DNA of 63,324 bases, counting the filler, from Octopus bimaculoides (taxonomy: Eukaryota): the NCBI RefSeq assembly GCF_001194135.2. It is 5 parts of 5 records of this genome, joined end to end, with 100 filler letters (N's around TTAATTAATTAA, not from the genome) between each part and the next. Parts side by side here need not be neighbours in the genome. Positions count along the whole stretch, not along the records: positions 1 to 30,505 come from NC_068991.1; 4 more parts are not named here. One strand, written 5' to 3'. The notes under the pieces are model-generated. The model did not search any database. It was not told the DNA's origin and worked only from the letters and a program-made list of their open reading frames with translations. How positions within the stretch are numbered: the stretch's first letter is position 1; each line of letters opens with the position of its first letter. Both the position numbers and the translations under genes were made by a program. Positions 13,445 through 26,136 of this stretch are shown in pieces.

Positions 13445-14078
13445 NNNNNNNNNNNNNNNNNNNNNNNNNNNNNNNNNNNNNNNNNNNNNNNNNNNNNNNN
13501 NNNNNNNNNNNNNNNNNNNNNNNNNNNNNNNNNNNNNNNNNNNNNNNNNNNNNNNNNNNNNNNNNNNNNNNNNNNNNNNNNNNNNNNNNNNNNNNNNNNN
13601 NNNNNNNNNNNNNNNNNNNNNNNNNNNNNNNNNNNNNNNNNNNNNNNNNNNNNNNNNNNNNNNNNNNNNNNNNNNNNNNNNNNNNNNNNNNNNNNNNNNN
13701 NNNNNNNNNNNNNNNNNNNNNNNNNNNNNNNNNNNNNNNNNNNNNNNNNNNNNNNNNNNNNNNNNNNNNNNNNNNNNNNNNNNNNNNNNNNNNNNNNNNN
13801 NNNNNNNNNNNNNNNNNNNNNNNNNNNNNNNNNNNNNNNNNNNNNNNNNNNNNNNNNNNNNNNNNNNNNNNNNNNNNNNNNNNNNNNNNNNNNNNNNNNN
13901 NNNNNNNNNNNNNNNNNNNNNNNNNNNNNNNNNNNNNNNNNNNNNNNNNNNNNNNNNNNNNNNNNNNNNNNNNNNNNNNNNNNNNNNNNNNNNNNNNNNN
14001 NNNNNNNNNNNNNNNNNNNNNNNNNNNNNNNNNNNNNNNNNNNNNNNNNNNNNNNNNNNNNNNNNNNNNNNNNNNNNN

Positions 14079-14127
<49 letters not shown>

Positions 14128-15099
14128 ATTCAGCTCAGAAACAACACATATACATAACTGCAACATCAGTAGCCTCACTTGTTGGCCTCTAGCACAGTGC
14201 TGGAGTGTACGTCCCCAGTAATAAATGTAGAGGAACAGTAACCGTCGATCTTTAACTGAATCCCCACTTCGTTACTACTGGTGAGACCACCACCACAAAC
14301 TACAAGGGTTAAGAAATAAACTAGAGAGACTGCAACGTTTCCAAACGGTCACACTATAACCGATATGATTTATCCGTGAAGAATGTTCCTCGTGAGGTGG
14401 AAACAGGATAAAACTGGTAAGATGCTTTTGTGAATCATCCTTAGTTGTATGGTCGTGACTACCTGAGTTTCATATTACAGGGTACATGTGGTTTGTAAAA
14501 ATTCCAAAATTTTGATATTATCACCACCAAATAAACACAGTTCGTGTGCCGAGAAAGTGTGTCGAGAGCCTATTGCCGTTTTCATCCACTTTGTGCAGTG
14601 AATAAGGGTTTTCAGCAATGTTTATAACCAAAAACAAATTGCACCTCTATCAATTTAGAATTATTATCAATTTAGTAGTGGGGGAGGCTCGTTGAAACTG
14701 TGCCTTAAACTGAGTTACTTTTTAGAAGGAGCCAAGCTAATTAATTTCATTAAAGTTAACATAAAATAAAATGAAATGAACGAATTGATTTCATACTTAG
14801 ACAGAAGGCCAGAATTTGTTCGTGGCGTAGCGCAATCGATTATATGGGACTCCAGAACTTGATATGTACTTTGTTTTATCGATTACGGAACGATGAATGG
14901 CAAACTTAACAGCAGCGAGGTTTTAACACTCAGAAAACAATAATTGCGATGAGTGGTACAAGGGTCTCAATTTCATTTCTAAATTTGTGAACTAGCTCAG
15001 CTCTAGCCGCGTAGTCGATGAACATCACACTTTGCTGATGATGTTTTAGAACATTTTCTTGGCTCCTTCACACACTGATTCGATCCTGTTGGTTTTATC

Positions 15100-15450
15100 T
15101 TGAGAATGAAGTCTTGTATATGCACCCTCACTTCATAGGATGGGCATAAACGTGGTACATTTCTCATTAAGCATTCGAGATATCTAGATATTTAGTTTTG
15201 CATTTGTTGAAATTGTAGAGCTCCGAAAAACTAAATGGTAAGTGATCATAATTCTCCTATAATACACGTGGGGAAGTTGTTTCTTGTCTTCTACAGGATG
15301 TACCCATAGTTCGGTATCTAGAACGGACAGTCTTCTGTTGGAGAATTCGAACCTTGAAACCTTGATAGATGATGTTCGCTATGTATTCAATATTTTCCAT
15401 AATATTTTTCTGTTTCCTGACGACCACCTTCTTTTAATCCCAATGTTTTT
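15100..15450 (-). mobile_element. Penelope-like element RT C-terminal (motif 7/thumb) remnant
   Basis: Translates to SNRRLSVLDTELWVHPVEDKKQLPHVYYRRIM, matching the PLE pattern LPxLDxxxWV...YxK. Confidence 0.6.
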
Positions 15451-15562
15451 GTCGTGAATATACTCTAAGGACATTGCCACAAGAGTGGGTCTCTCCGTTA
15501 CGTACTGAATTACTTACGCCACCCTGCTCCAATACTAACTTCTACAGCCGCACTCGGATCTG

Positions 15563-15985
15563 TTCAATCTCAAGCACAGATTTTTTAATTAATTTTTTTT
15601 AACTAAACACTTTGAAATTTCGGATAAAACCAACAGGATCGAATCAGTGTGTGAAGGAGCCAAGAAAAGTGTCACGTAGAATACGGCTTACTCTTAGCGT
15701 TTTTGACAAAATTTTGTATTTTAGAAGTTATTTCGTGTTAAAGTCGTCGTATTTGGGTAATTTCAACCAATCAATGACGTGTATTCAGCCGAAGAAAGTT
15801 CCTGCTGCTGTTTGCGAACAACTTTCGGCCCATTTTTACAAAATTATTACTGAGACAGACCAACGACGGAGCCTATATGTGGTTGCACGACCTGCTAGAA
15901 AAAGTAGTCAAACTTTTTTCATTTACAGAATAGAAAAACCTCTGACACATTCAACCAGTATCCGAAGTTTCAAACTGTTTAGTTG
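15563..15985 (+). mobile_element. Non-autonomous repeat X with internal inverted arms (MITE-like)
   Basis: Arm aactaaacactttgaaatttcggata (15601) is the inverse of tatccgaagtttcaaactgtttagtt (about 15959-15984). A second copy lies at 17200-17545 on the opposite strand. Confidence 0.6.
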
Positions 15986-17011
15986 ATTGACAAGATTCGT
16001 GAAACTACTCACGTACAACACTGGATATTAGCTATATGTACCGAGTTCCCATAATATTTTCTATTGATTTCATACGAAAATCTGAATAAATTACGCTAGT
16101 CAAGGGAATCCCAATATTTGGAATATGGATACTTGCTATCTTTAACTTTAGCTGCTACATCATTCTGTGAATAATATTGCTTTAACTACAGGATAGCTCT
16201 GATTGGAATGGATCTGTGAGAAAAGGCATTCCAGCCATAACCATTTTGTCTTATTCTTTTCTAGAAGTAATGAATTCCTAAACAAACATTATAAAATAAT
16301 ATAAACTTGCTTTTTTTTTTTTCTTGAAGACGGAAATTTCATTTTGTTCTTTTTGTTAGGAAGATTTGGTTGCTCTTTCTCGCAACTCGAGCGACCAGGT
16401 AAAGGCTCTCTCGTTGCCTCGTCTCGTTCCCTTCGTCACCTGTAGTTTAGTCCCGAGTTGTATCTGATTGAACAGATATGATCAAAGGCGTCCCAACTGT
16501 GACCATTCCGTCTTTCTTCCCAAATATAATGGACTCTATGTGTATATTACAGGATAGAGGTTTTTCTATTCTGTATATAAAAAAGTTTGGCTACTTTTTC
16601 TAGCAGGTCATATAACCACATACAGGCTCCGTCGTTGGTCTGCCTCAGTAATAATTTTGTTGTTATTTAGCCTCAAATCAACTCTGATACAGCAAACCTA
16701 TCATCAAAGACATTCTAGCCTTCAACAAACCCTCTTTTTAGGAATAATCTAGGACATTACGTACTATGGGCATGTGATTTAGGTAGGGGGATACTTTGGC
16801 TGCTATTTTTAGCGTGTAAAGCGATCAGGTAGGGGCTCTTTCAGTGGTTCGATAGCGTGATGAGATTTTTTTACATATATGTATGTATATATATCATCGG
16901 CAGAAGTTAGAGAGTAAATCAAAAGCTGAAAGTTTCGTGTATTGGCACTTACAAAACACGAATTTGGCCATTGTCACTGTAACTTCTGCCTACTATCAAT
17001 GTGTGGGTGTG

Positions 17012-17094
<83 letters not shown>

Positions 17095-17096
17095 CC

Positions 17097-17197
<101 letters not shown>

Positions 17198-17199
17198 CA

Positions 17200-17545
17200 T
17201 TCTCATATATGTTGCTATAAAAACATCTCTAGTTATTAAAGAAGGGTTTTGTTAGGGGATATTTTCAGTTTAAATTTTTCTGTTGTCGAAGATTCATCGT
17301 TTTGTCAACGGACCCGGAAGTTGTTCGCAAACAGCAGCAGTAACTTTCTTCAGCTGAATACACGTCATTGGTTAAAATTACCCAAATACGACAACTTTAA
17401 CACGAAATAACTTCTAAAATATAAAATTTTGTTAAAAACGTTAAGAGAGAACCGTGTTTTACGTGACACATTCAATCAGTATCCGAAGTTTCAAAGTGTT
17501 TAGTTAAAAACAAATTAATTAAAATATCTGTGCTTGAAATTGAAA
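17200..17545 (-). mobile_element. Second, inverted copy of repeat X
   Basis: Reverse complement aligns with 15563-15830. Confidence 0.7.
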
Positions 17546-17549
17546 AGGT

Positions 17550-18130
17550 CCCCGCACTCTTCTCCTGAATGCATAATTTATTATCAAATTTATATACTAT
17601 GGCCCTTCGTTTTATACTAGCAGCAATAGTATGCGCTATCATATGTTTTATTTGGTTGTGGCTCATAGGAATTTGTACAAGTTTACTTTAACCTTCCTGC
17701 GCTCAAGGGGGAGTTCTTTTTGACTGCCGTAATGAAGCTGGGTGATCGATCTGCTCTAATCCGGTGGGGGAACTTTTTTGCGTTAGAACGTGGTTAAGTA
17801 TCTATTGCTGCATTTAATTTTTTAACGCATAGTTCCAGTTCATCGGTATCGATATTGTCATACACAAGATCACTCCCGCAAATCATCTCTTCAAATTTCT
17901 CCATTGTATAATCAATATTTACAAATGGATATTGATCCCACTGTATCCATGCTACTTAAAATGCAATCTGTGAGATTGCAGGAATACCTGCAGTCTCTGA
18001 ATCTGCAAGGGAGGTCGCCAGTGGTGCTGTGGAAGACATTCAGTGATGTCTCTTTTAATAAGTTCATGATAATCGAGAGGAAGCATCATAAACTCAAACT
18101 CACAAAGCACCAAAACAAGGAATTAAAATT
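17550..18130 (-). mobile_element. Penelope-like element reverse transcriptase remnant (frameshifted)
   Basis: CILSSMDTVG/YPFVNIDYTMEKFEEMICGSDLVYDNIDTDELELCV and MIAHTIAASIKRRAIVYKFDNKLCIQEK match PLE RT motifs (SMDVxxLYP; YxFxxKLYxQ). Confidence 0.7.
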
Positions 18131-18194
18131 CACAATACCACGAAGGGCAAGTGTCTTCTACGATAGCCTCTGGTTGACCAAAACCTTTTGAGTG

Positions 18195-18430
18195 GATGTA
18201 AAAAAAAAAACTTTAAACGTCGCCCGTTTAAAGTCTAGCCAGGCTCATGGGCCCGGTTTCCCGGTTTCTATGGCGTATGCGTTCCCCCCAGCTGGACGGA
18301 ACGCCAAGTCCATCGCAGCGTTACTCAAGAAACAGGAAGAAAGAGTGAGAGAAAGTTGGGGCGAAAGAGTACAACAGGGGTCGCCACCATCCCCTGCCGG
18401 AGCCTCATGAAGCTTAGATGTTTTCGCTCA
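18195..18430. mobile_element. SINE-like interspersed repeat fragment
   Basis: GC-rich ggctcatgggcccggtttcccggtttctatggcg...ctggacggaacgccaagtccatcgcag resembles central domains of metazoan SINEs. Family not identified. Confidence 0.4.
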
Positions 18431-18595
18431 ATAANNNNNNNNNNNNNNNNNNNNNNNNNNNNNNNNNNNNNNNNNNNNNNNNNNNNNNNNNNNNNNNNNN
18501 NNNNNNNNNNNNNNNNNNNNNNNNNNNNNNNNNNNNNNNNNNNNNNNNNNNNNNNNNNNNNNNNNNNNNNNNNNNNNNNNNNNNNNNNNNNNNNN

Positions 18596-18860
18596 NATGT
18601 GGCTGCAAAGTGAAGATGTGTGTGTGTGTGTGTGTGTGTGTGTCTTTGTGTCTAGGTTTGTCCCACCACCCACGGCTTGACAACTGGTATTGGTGTGTTT
18701 ACGTCGCCGTAACTTAGTGGTTGGTTCGGCAAAAGAAACCGATAGAGTAAGAACCAGATTTTTAAAATAGAGATCGATTCATTCGACTAAAAAATTCTTC
18801 AAGGTGGTGCTCCAGCACGGTCGCAGTCTAATAATTGAAACAAGTAAAAGATAGAAGAAA
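18596..18860 (+). mobile_element. SINE family B 3' half
   Basis: cttgacaac..ggtgtgtttacgtc..gtaacttag...gaaacaagtaaaaga. Confidence 0.75.
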
Positions 18861-19344
18861 AGAGATTAGCCACCATGAAAATAGGAAAATGGATCCTATT
18901 TCGTAAAAGAGACAACATCCTAATGCTTTGGGAGAAGGAAACTTTTCACTGTGTTATTTGCTGTGACTTACCGATATGTAACCAACACCAGAAACTGGTA
19001 CATCTGCAGCAAACTACAATGGATGAAACAGAGATCACTGTAATGATAATAGCAGAAACAACTACTGCTTAGACACAACTCAGCCCTGATCGAGCACGGC
19101 TATCACCAAAAGCGCTCCAGCTATAACCATCCAGTCTCTATGTATAAGCAGGATTAAACTTGAAGATATCCTAGTTATATTTTTAAGACTATAAGGTACG
19201 ATTGTGACAGATTTAGCAACTATTTCTCCCTGGTCTAGAGTACACGTAGAGGCAATCTTTCGTTGGATTATATTCAGTTTTTAGGCAAGAGCTTTTGTGT
19301 GATCTCCTTAAAATTATAACCTACTGTCTTAGAAAAAGAAGTTA

Positions 19345-19744
19345 GGAGGATGTGGCTGTGTGGTAAGTAGCCTGCTTACCAACCACATGGTTCCATGTTC
19401 ATCCCACTGCGTGGCACCTTGGGCAAGTATCTTCGACTATAGCCTCAGGCCGACCAAAGCCTTGTGAATGGATTTGGCAGACGGACACTGAAAGCAGCCC
19501 GTCGTATGTATGTATGTATGTATGTATGTCTGTGTTTGCCCCACCACCACCACCACCACCAACATCGCTTGACAACCGATGCTGGTGCATTTACGTCCCA
19601 GTAATTAGCGGTTCGACAAAAGAAACCAATAGAATAAGTACTAGGCATACATAGAATAAGTCCTGGGGTCGATTTGCTCGACTAAAGGCGGTGCTCGAGC
19701 ATGGCCGCAGTCAAATGACTGAAACAAGTAAAAGAGCAAAAGAG
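19345..19744 (+). mobile_element. SINE family B, full length
   Basis: gtggctgtgtggtaagtagcctgcttaccaaccacatggttcc...ggcaccttgggcaagt...gaaacaagtaaaagagcaaaagag. Confidence 0.85.
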
Positions 19745-20795
19745 TATGCCCTGAACGACGGAAGAGTCACAGGTGAAATTCCTATGATTGGGGGTGCAGC
19801 TAGGACAGGGATGACGAAAGACTAAAATGATAATTAGATTGAAATTCAGAAATTAGATTTAGTTCGAAGAAAGAGAGCGTCCATCTACCTAGATAATTAC
19901 TTTCCTTACCATAATTATTTTTTTCGTCATCTGTTGTATCGCTATACCACTATAGCTACTTTAAAATTTGTCAAGACGATGTAGGAACGATACAATAAAA
20001 TACAATAGTAAACTAAGAAAATGGTCAGATAATTACGAACTTACTTAATTCCCTTACTAGAAGTTATTTCCCATGAGTTCGAATTTGTGCAAGTTGCTTC
20101 CCTTCCTTTCATAACTTTATATAAACGATACATTACTATTTTAAGTTTACAGAAGCTGATAATCTTATCTCGTTCTCTCTTGATACCAAATATGCTAGCA
20201 TTGACAGTGATCATTTGAAATATTTGGACATGGTTTAAGATCTTTACTATACTCTGCAATATGTCTGATGTTTCTGGTTGAAGCTGTTCCGTCCACATTC
20301 TCCAACGTGTTCAGTATCCGCGTACGTTCCCCTATGCACTTCAATATGCTTTTCTATTAGATGTGTGCAAATGTGTGCATGTGTGTTGTCATTGTTCAGT
20401 CCTGGATCAGCCGCACTCTAATACATCTATGATTAAAGGCATTCTATTTGTGATCACCGTGTATTTTTAGAACATATCATCGAGAACCACATTATTCATT
20501 GTACCTTTTTTTTATGTAAATGGTAAGACATAATGTCATAGAAATTTGGCTATTATTTCCAGCACATATTCGTCCCATATGTGTGTATATTATTGCAGCA
20601 CTGCCCTATATTTGTATATACCATCGTATCACCATCCCTATCAGTGTATATTACAACATTACCACTCCATATACTTCTGTACCATCACTCCATTTGTATA
20701 TATATTCCTATAGCACTACCCCATATCCCTATATACAACTGAATCATTGCCCTCTTATCTATATATACCCACTCCATATATGGGTATACAACCTT

Positions 20796-21960
20796 CCCAG
20801 CCAGCAAAACTGCATCAGGCCGATATCAAACTGATGTTGTTACCTATATCAGTCCTACATCAGAAATTGTGTCGGTTTGATTTCAGCCCAATCTCATTTT
20901 GCAACATGGCACAACATCGAGCCAACATATTCCCCAATGTTGGGCCAATATGAATTTGAAGTCAGGCCGATGTGAGATTTTGGTCTCTTACATCGGGTTG
21001 ACATCAGCCCAATGTCATATTCATATAGGAATCTTGCAGGCATGAAGTGGATTCGATCCACTATACCCAAATTCTGCGTCAGAACTTTTCCCACGGTGGA
21101 ACAACGGTTTTGATCTGTCAGCAGTTAGATATTTCCCAGACGCTTTTAGCTAGGCCGAAGCGGTGTCTCCACCACTTGACCCTTTCTGACCTCTTCTACT
21201 CCATCAAATCTAGAATAGAGATAACAAGACCGCCAACTAAATCCTTTGTTCTCACTATCCTTCTAGATAGCTATAAAAACAGGAGACCCCAAGCAAAGTT
21301 TCCTTTTAGTCACCAGTCGGTGACGACTCAACAGCTTAGTCACCAGTCAGTGACGACTGGACATCTAGAGCTATGGACACAAGCAGGCAGCCCCTAAAAA
21401 ACAAACGGCCAGAGGGAGAAAGAAGTTTACTGTCAGCCACTGTGAGACAATGTCGCACACCTTATCATTATTACGAGCTCGCATCCTTTTCTCTTTAACA
21501 CTACCATCTCTCTCTCTATAGATATTTACTACTATGAGAAAGTGTACATACCAATACAGGCCAAAAATTAACTTTCTTTACCTTACATGTTTTAAGAACT
21601 GCATTATACGATTACACTAACCTACCCGTCGTGGTATGGCAACTATGAAAGTAACAGTAAATAAAATGTTTATTACCGGCATAATGCCTCTCCCAAGGTT
21701 TAATAGTAAATAAAATATTTCTATAAAAATGTCGATCATCTTCATCGTTCATCTATTAACTTGTTTACAATTGGTAATCTCCGACACTTTAACAACATTT
21801 CCAACCGTTACATTCACATCAAGGTGACATCGGTCCAATATGAAAATGAGGTTGGGCTGATATATGGTTGTTCAACTTGAAAAGTCTCAATATCGGCCTG
21901 AGTCGATTTTGCCAAATGCCTGATCTGGCTCCGAAATACATTCAAGGATGGGCTAATTAA
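20796..21960. mobile_element. Putative DNA-transposon terminus (CCCAG...) with subterminal imperfect palindromes, possibly CMC/EnSpm-like
   Basis: Begins CCCAGCCAGCAAAACTGC. Short ccgat/atcgg/gccaa/ttggc motifs are dense at 20810-21060 and 21820-21960. The opposite TIR was not found. Confidence 0.4.
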
Positions 21961-23012
21961 TGCATGATTAAACATTTATACAGGTTTGACATTGGCATGT
22001 TCTCCATAGCATTGTACCAGATCCTTGGCATGAATTGCTCTGATTGTAGCCTCATCCACCCAGTGTTTGAAAATAGAAATGTAATACTGTTTCAATTTAC
22101 AGCCAATGAGGACCACCCACTGCTAGGGTTCCATTTTATGACTTGAAATCTGGGAGATTCATTAAAAATGAATATATTTAAAATGTGCTGAAATAGGAAA
22201 AACACATTAAATGTAAGAGATGTCATCAATAAAATTGTATTCGAAACCACAGAGAGGAGTATTACTCACTAACCTGGTGAATGAGTAATTTGAATTGAAG
22301 ACAAAACCATGTATGCAAAGCTATTCAGCCGATTGTTACCAGTGCATTGCTAAAATGGATTACCTTAAAAAATTGAGGTAACCTGTAAATGAGTTATCTT
22401 AATTTTCAATTTGTGCAGACCTGAGGTCTGTGGCAGATCCATTGTCAAGAGCAGACTTGTCCAGATTTTTTTCTCTCTCCTCCTCCGGCCACTATTTCTG
22501 TCATTGGCAATCCAAAACCATTCTCGAGTCACCAACTTAACCTCTGCTTCTGTTGCAATTTTCATAATCTTGTGAACAGCCCCTGAATTTTAATAATTAT
22601 GTAACTTAAAAGTAGTTCTTAATGTGAGAATAACAAATGAACTCACATCCATTTACTCATGTACTATTCACAAAGGCAAAAATCTACTAGCATAAATTAC
22701 ATGGATTTTACTAATTCTACAGTTGAAAACAGATACAAACATTCATAAACGTTCACTACTGTTTTATGTCAGAAGCTACCAAAGCTAGTACATCCACTCC
22801 CCCACCCACAGTCTGGCTAAAACAGTACTCAAAGTGAATATTAATATCATCATATGCCCAGCCCAGGGCCATTTTCAGTCCCATGACCACAAATCAAAAT
22901 TTTAAAATACAGTCATTTTCAATACACTGTGAGCAAAGGATAAAATATATACTCAAATGTAGGGCAAAATGTAGAATAATAGCCTTTTTGTCAAACATAA
23001 AATAACAATTAA

Positions 23013-23481
23013 CAGTGTTCCTGCAGGTTTTTAAAAAGAAAATTCAAGGGTTTTCAAGGTTTTACAAGGGTATTTTCAAGCTAGATTCAAGGACCATCAT
23101 GACCACTCCACAAAAAATTCAAGAGTTTCCAAGGACATCCTTCTGATAGAACATAACTATTTACAATACTTAGGCTCTCAAATCATATTGCTTAAATATC
23201 ACCCAATCTATTTCCTCAAGTTGTTGATTAATGTGTAGCAATGTTTCCATGCCAACACTGATATGGAAACATTGCAAATATGAATTCAGATGATTGGTTA
23301 AAGTAGAACACTTTTCTTCTGTAGTTCGGGGAGTGGACTGAATATAAAACTTTTAAATAAAAATCCAAAATTTTCAAGGATTACTGTGTGTCTGGATAAT
23401 TTTCAAGGGCTTTCCAAGCCTGAAATTTTACTTTTGAAATTTAAGGGTATTCAAGGAATTCAAGGACCTGCGGGAACCCTG
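23013..23481. mobile_element. 469-bp MITE with CAG termini and a 5-bp target duplication
   Basis: TIRs CAGTGTTCCTGCAGG / CCTGCGGGAACCCTG (13 of 15 match), ATTAA on both flanks, many internal TTCAAGG repeats. Confidence 0.75.
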
Positions 23482-24189
23482 ATTAAGAAATTGGTAAGGC
23501 CTGCAGCTCAATTTTCATTTTTAGGGTTATATGTGGACACAGGCTTACCTGCATGAGGACCTGCCAGCAATTATTCTCACGTATATAACATTTGGTGTCT
23601 CAACATAGTGATTAATCACAATACTCTGAAAGCCAAACTAGCATATGTCCAGTTTTCAAAGATAATTCTTGCATTTTTTCAACAAAATCATACAGATACA
23701 GATATTGTAAGAAGTGGCTTGATGTGCCAGTTCTAAAGATATCCATAACTGTATGGTTTTACTGAGAGTCCCAAGAAATTTCAAGCTGGGTTTATTTTTT
23801 GGCCAGTTCGATTGATGATTTTGGGTAAATGGTAAACATAGATCTGAGCTCTTTCAAAAGGATATAATAGAGTGTTGGAAGCAACTGTTGTGGTTTTGAA
23901 AAAATGTGAATTATCAGCAAAAGATTACAATTCTGCTGATATTGACAACCGACATATGATTGGCTGTCGGCTGCGCAGCATATGTAATGGTGATAGCTCA
24001 TCTCGAAAAATGTTCAGAAACAGGTTTCTGTTTCTGAACAGACATGCCCACAAATACAGTTCCACCTGGGATGATTTGTTGAGTCATGCTGACTGTTGGA
24101 CAACCTCACCTCTCGTCTGTGATATCTAATAGTTCAGCTTAGAAAATGTAGTGCTGCCGATGACTATGTCAACAGCACTTCCTGTGTAA

Positions 24190-24284
24190 TCAGAGCACAG
24201 ATATCGATTTTGGTATTGGTAGATATTGAATTGAGTTATTGAATATCAGCATATACCAATAATACACATATCGGCTCATCCCTA
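24190..24284. mobile_element. hAT-like terminal segment
   Basis: Ends atcggctcatcccta (reverse complement TAGGGATGAGCCGAT), a typical hAT MITE terminus. Partner end not identified. Confidence 0.35.
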
Positions 24285-26089
24285 GGAGATGATTATTCAA
24301 TTTGGGGAATCGGGTATACAAAGGCTGATATCTTCGATACTTACTGTGAATCACTGATGAAAGTTTCAACTGGCCAAATAAAGGTTTGCCTTTTTTGCCA
24401 TACCAGTTATATAGCCTGCCTAACTTTCTGGTCAGGACGTGGCATAGTATCCTTCACACTGTGTCACTAGTATTTTTACCCACCAATCACAGCAAAGTAA
24501 TTAACCTGAAAATGGATGGATTCTGTTATAAAGCTTTACACTCTACAAGCTAAATGACTGATAATACATTCACACTTTATATTAAGAGAACACAAAAAAA
24601 CACAGCTACCTTTGACAGTTTAGAAAATTTGTCAATCATTTCAAACATATTTGAATTATAATTATAAGGGCTTCAACAATTTTGTTTTAATGACATAGTG
24701 ATAAATTTAGATATCCCAAGATATCCCAACATTAAACTACATATGGTGCACAACATACAAATAGGATCAAGTTTTGCAAATTGTTTATGCATATGATGTC
24801 CTCTTGTCAAAGGATTTAAACCCTCTGCCATTCGCTGACTTATCTTATTTTACCAATAAAACAGAACTTGTAAATCACAGTATATAAGCACCATGTTACT
24901 TTCTGAGGTTCCTGCTGGGACCTTAATCAAATAATCTTTTCACCTGAATATCAGCTTGATGCTCTTAAATACTTCTAATTACTATACATTCAAAACAAAC
25001 CGAATCTGAGGTTATGAGTACCAAGATGAGCACATGATGATGGATGTGAGTTTCTTTGGTGTGTGTATGGGATATGGAAACACATGCATGTGAAGAATGA
25101 AGCAATTGTCACATGTAAGTAGACAGATCAGTTAGGGAGGGACAGAGAAGTTATTAATGAACCAGCAGGTAAAACCATGAAAGTGTAAAATGTACAACTT
25201 AACATGTCATTTTGAACTGCACCATCACTTAACTCAGCTTCCAAAGCCTCAACATCCACTTGACTCTCACAAGGGAAATGAATTGTATCAGGGAGATTTC
25301 TTGTCTCCAAAATGGAGGATGAGGATGGATTATTTTGAATTAGCTGCAGTATAGACTGCAGCATTTCCCTCTGCTGGGACTGTTCCTCTCGAATGTTTTC
25401 AATTGCGGTGAATAGCCACTGATCCTGAACTGAAATAGAAAAAATGAAGGTAGAGTAGAGTTATGAAATACTTGCTGAGTATACTTCAAGACATTAGCAG
25501 TTTAGAGATATACTGAAAATAATACACAATCAATAATAATCTCATTTCACATTTGCTTTCTAGAATTGGAGAAATCACTAAACCAACAATCAACTATCTG
25601 TAGCCTTATATAAGGTCTAGTATAACACAAATATTTATTTGCCTTTTCTAGTTTGCCATGATAGGGGTAGGGGTTTCTGTTATGTATCCTTTTGTTCGTG
25701 CTGGGATAATAAACAACTCACTGAAGGCCTTATTATGATTCTACATGTTTATTTACTTGATATGTTTACAAACAGTATATACACAGCGGAGTGATACACA
25801 CTCTGCGTATCTGCCTTAGACACAGTTCATACTGCTTAGTAGATGCGCTTAACAAAATAGTACTACTAGTGGGGATGTATTCATATATACGTATACCTAC
25901 GCATGCACATAGATATGAACGTGTAACATCTCTTCTTGAAAAAAAAAAGGATCTTTTGGTAATGAAAAGAATAGAAGTAATCTCCCTTACACTAATGGAT
26001 TGTCAGCGCAAGGGTGGCAATCCTGCAGCAGAAACCGTGAGATTTTCTGCCCACACACATGGTTTTCTGCTTCCTAATCTAGCAGAAGT

Positions 26090-26136
<47 letters not shown>

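Larger units (their letters stand above)
22365..25429 (-). pseudogene. Three-exon DUF4806-like pseudogene (exons 25429-25203, 24505-24345, 22582-22365)
   Basis: Spliced translation QDQWLFTAIENIREEQSQQREMLQSILQ...LPDTIHFPCESQVDVEALEAELSDGAVQNDM|VNYFAVIGG/KNTSDTV*RILCHVLTRKLGRLYNWYGKKGKPLFGQLKLSSVIH|RAVHKIMKIATEAEVKLVTREWFWIANDRNSGRRRR follows the DUF4806 pattern (IGG, NWxG, AxDRxGGR). Exon phases agree (0, 1). Lesions: donor TTAAGT, +1 frameshift, TGA. Confidence 0.75.

Noticed and set aside
15035-15060. CTGATGA followed by a TGTT/AACA hairpin
   Set aside because: No GAAA or NUH follows, so it is not a hammerhead.
17904-18191. Plus-strand 95-aa ORF
   Set aside because: Antisense to the PLE RT remnant, which explains the region better.
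21308-21358. CRISPR-like repeat-spacer
   Set aside because: Only two units with a 9-nt spacer, eukaryotic context, no cas genes.
23792-24129. ORFs on both strands in the pseudogene intron
   Set aside because: No coherent frame or recognisable motif. At most a very decayed transposon fragment.
24454-24456. TGA that A-to-I editing could turn into Trp in the DUF4806-like gene
   Set aside because: The upstream frameshift and the dead splice donor could not be rescued by editing.
25343-25362. 8-bp hairpin GCTGCAGT-atag-ACTGCAGC in the pseudogene exon
   Set aside because: Built from two CTGCAG codon pairs and compatible with chance.
25371-25378. CTGCTGGG as the partner TIR of the CCCAG terminus
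   Set aside because: It lies inside a coding exon and the match does not extend.
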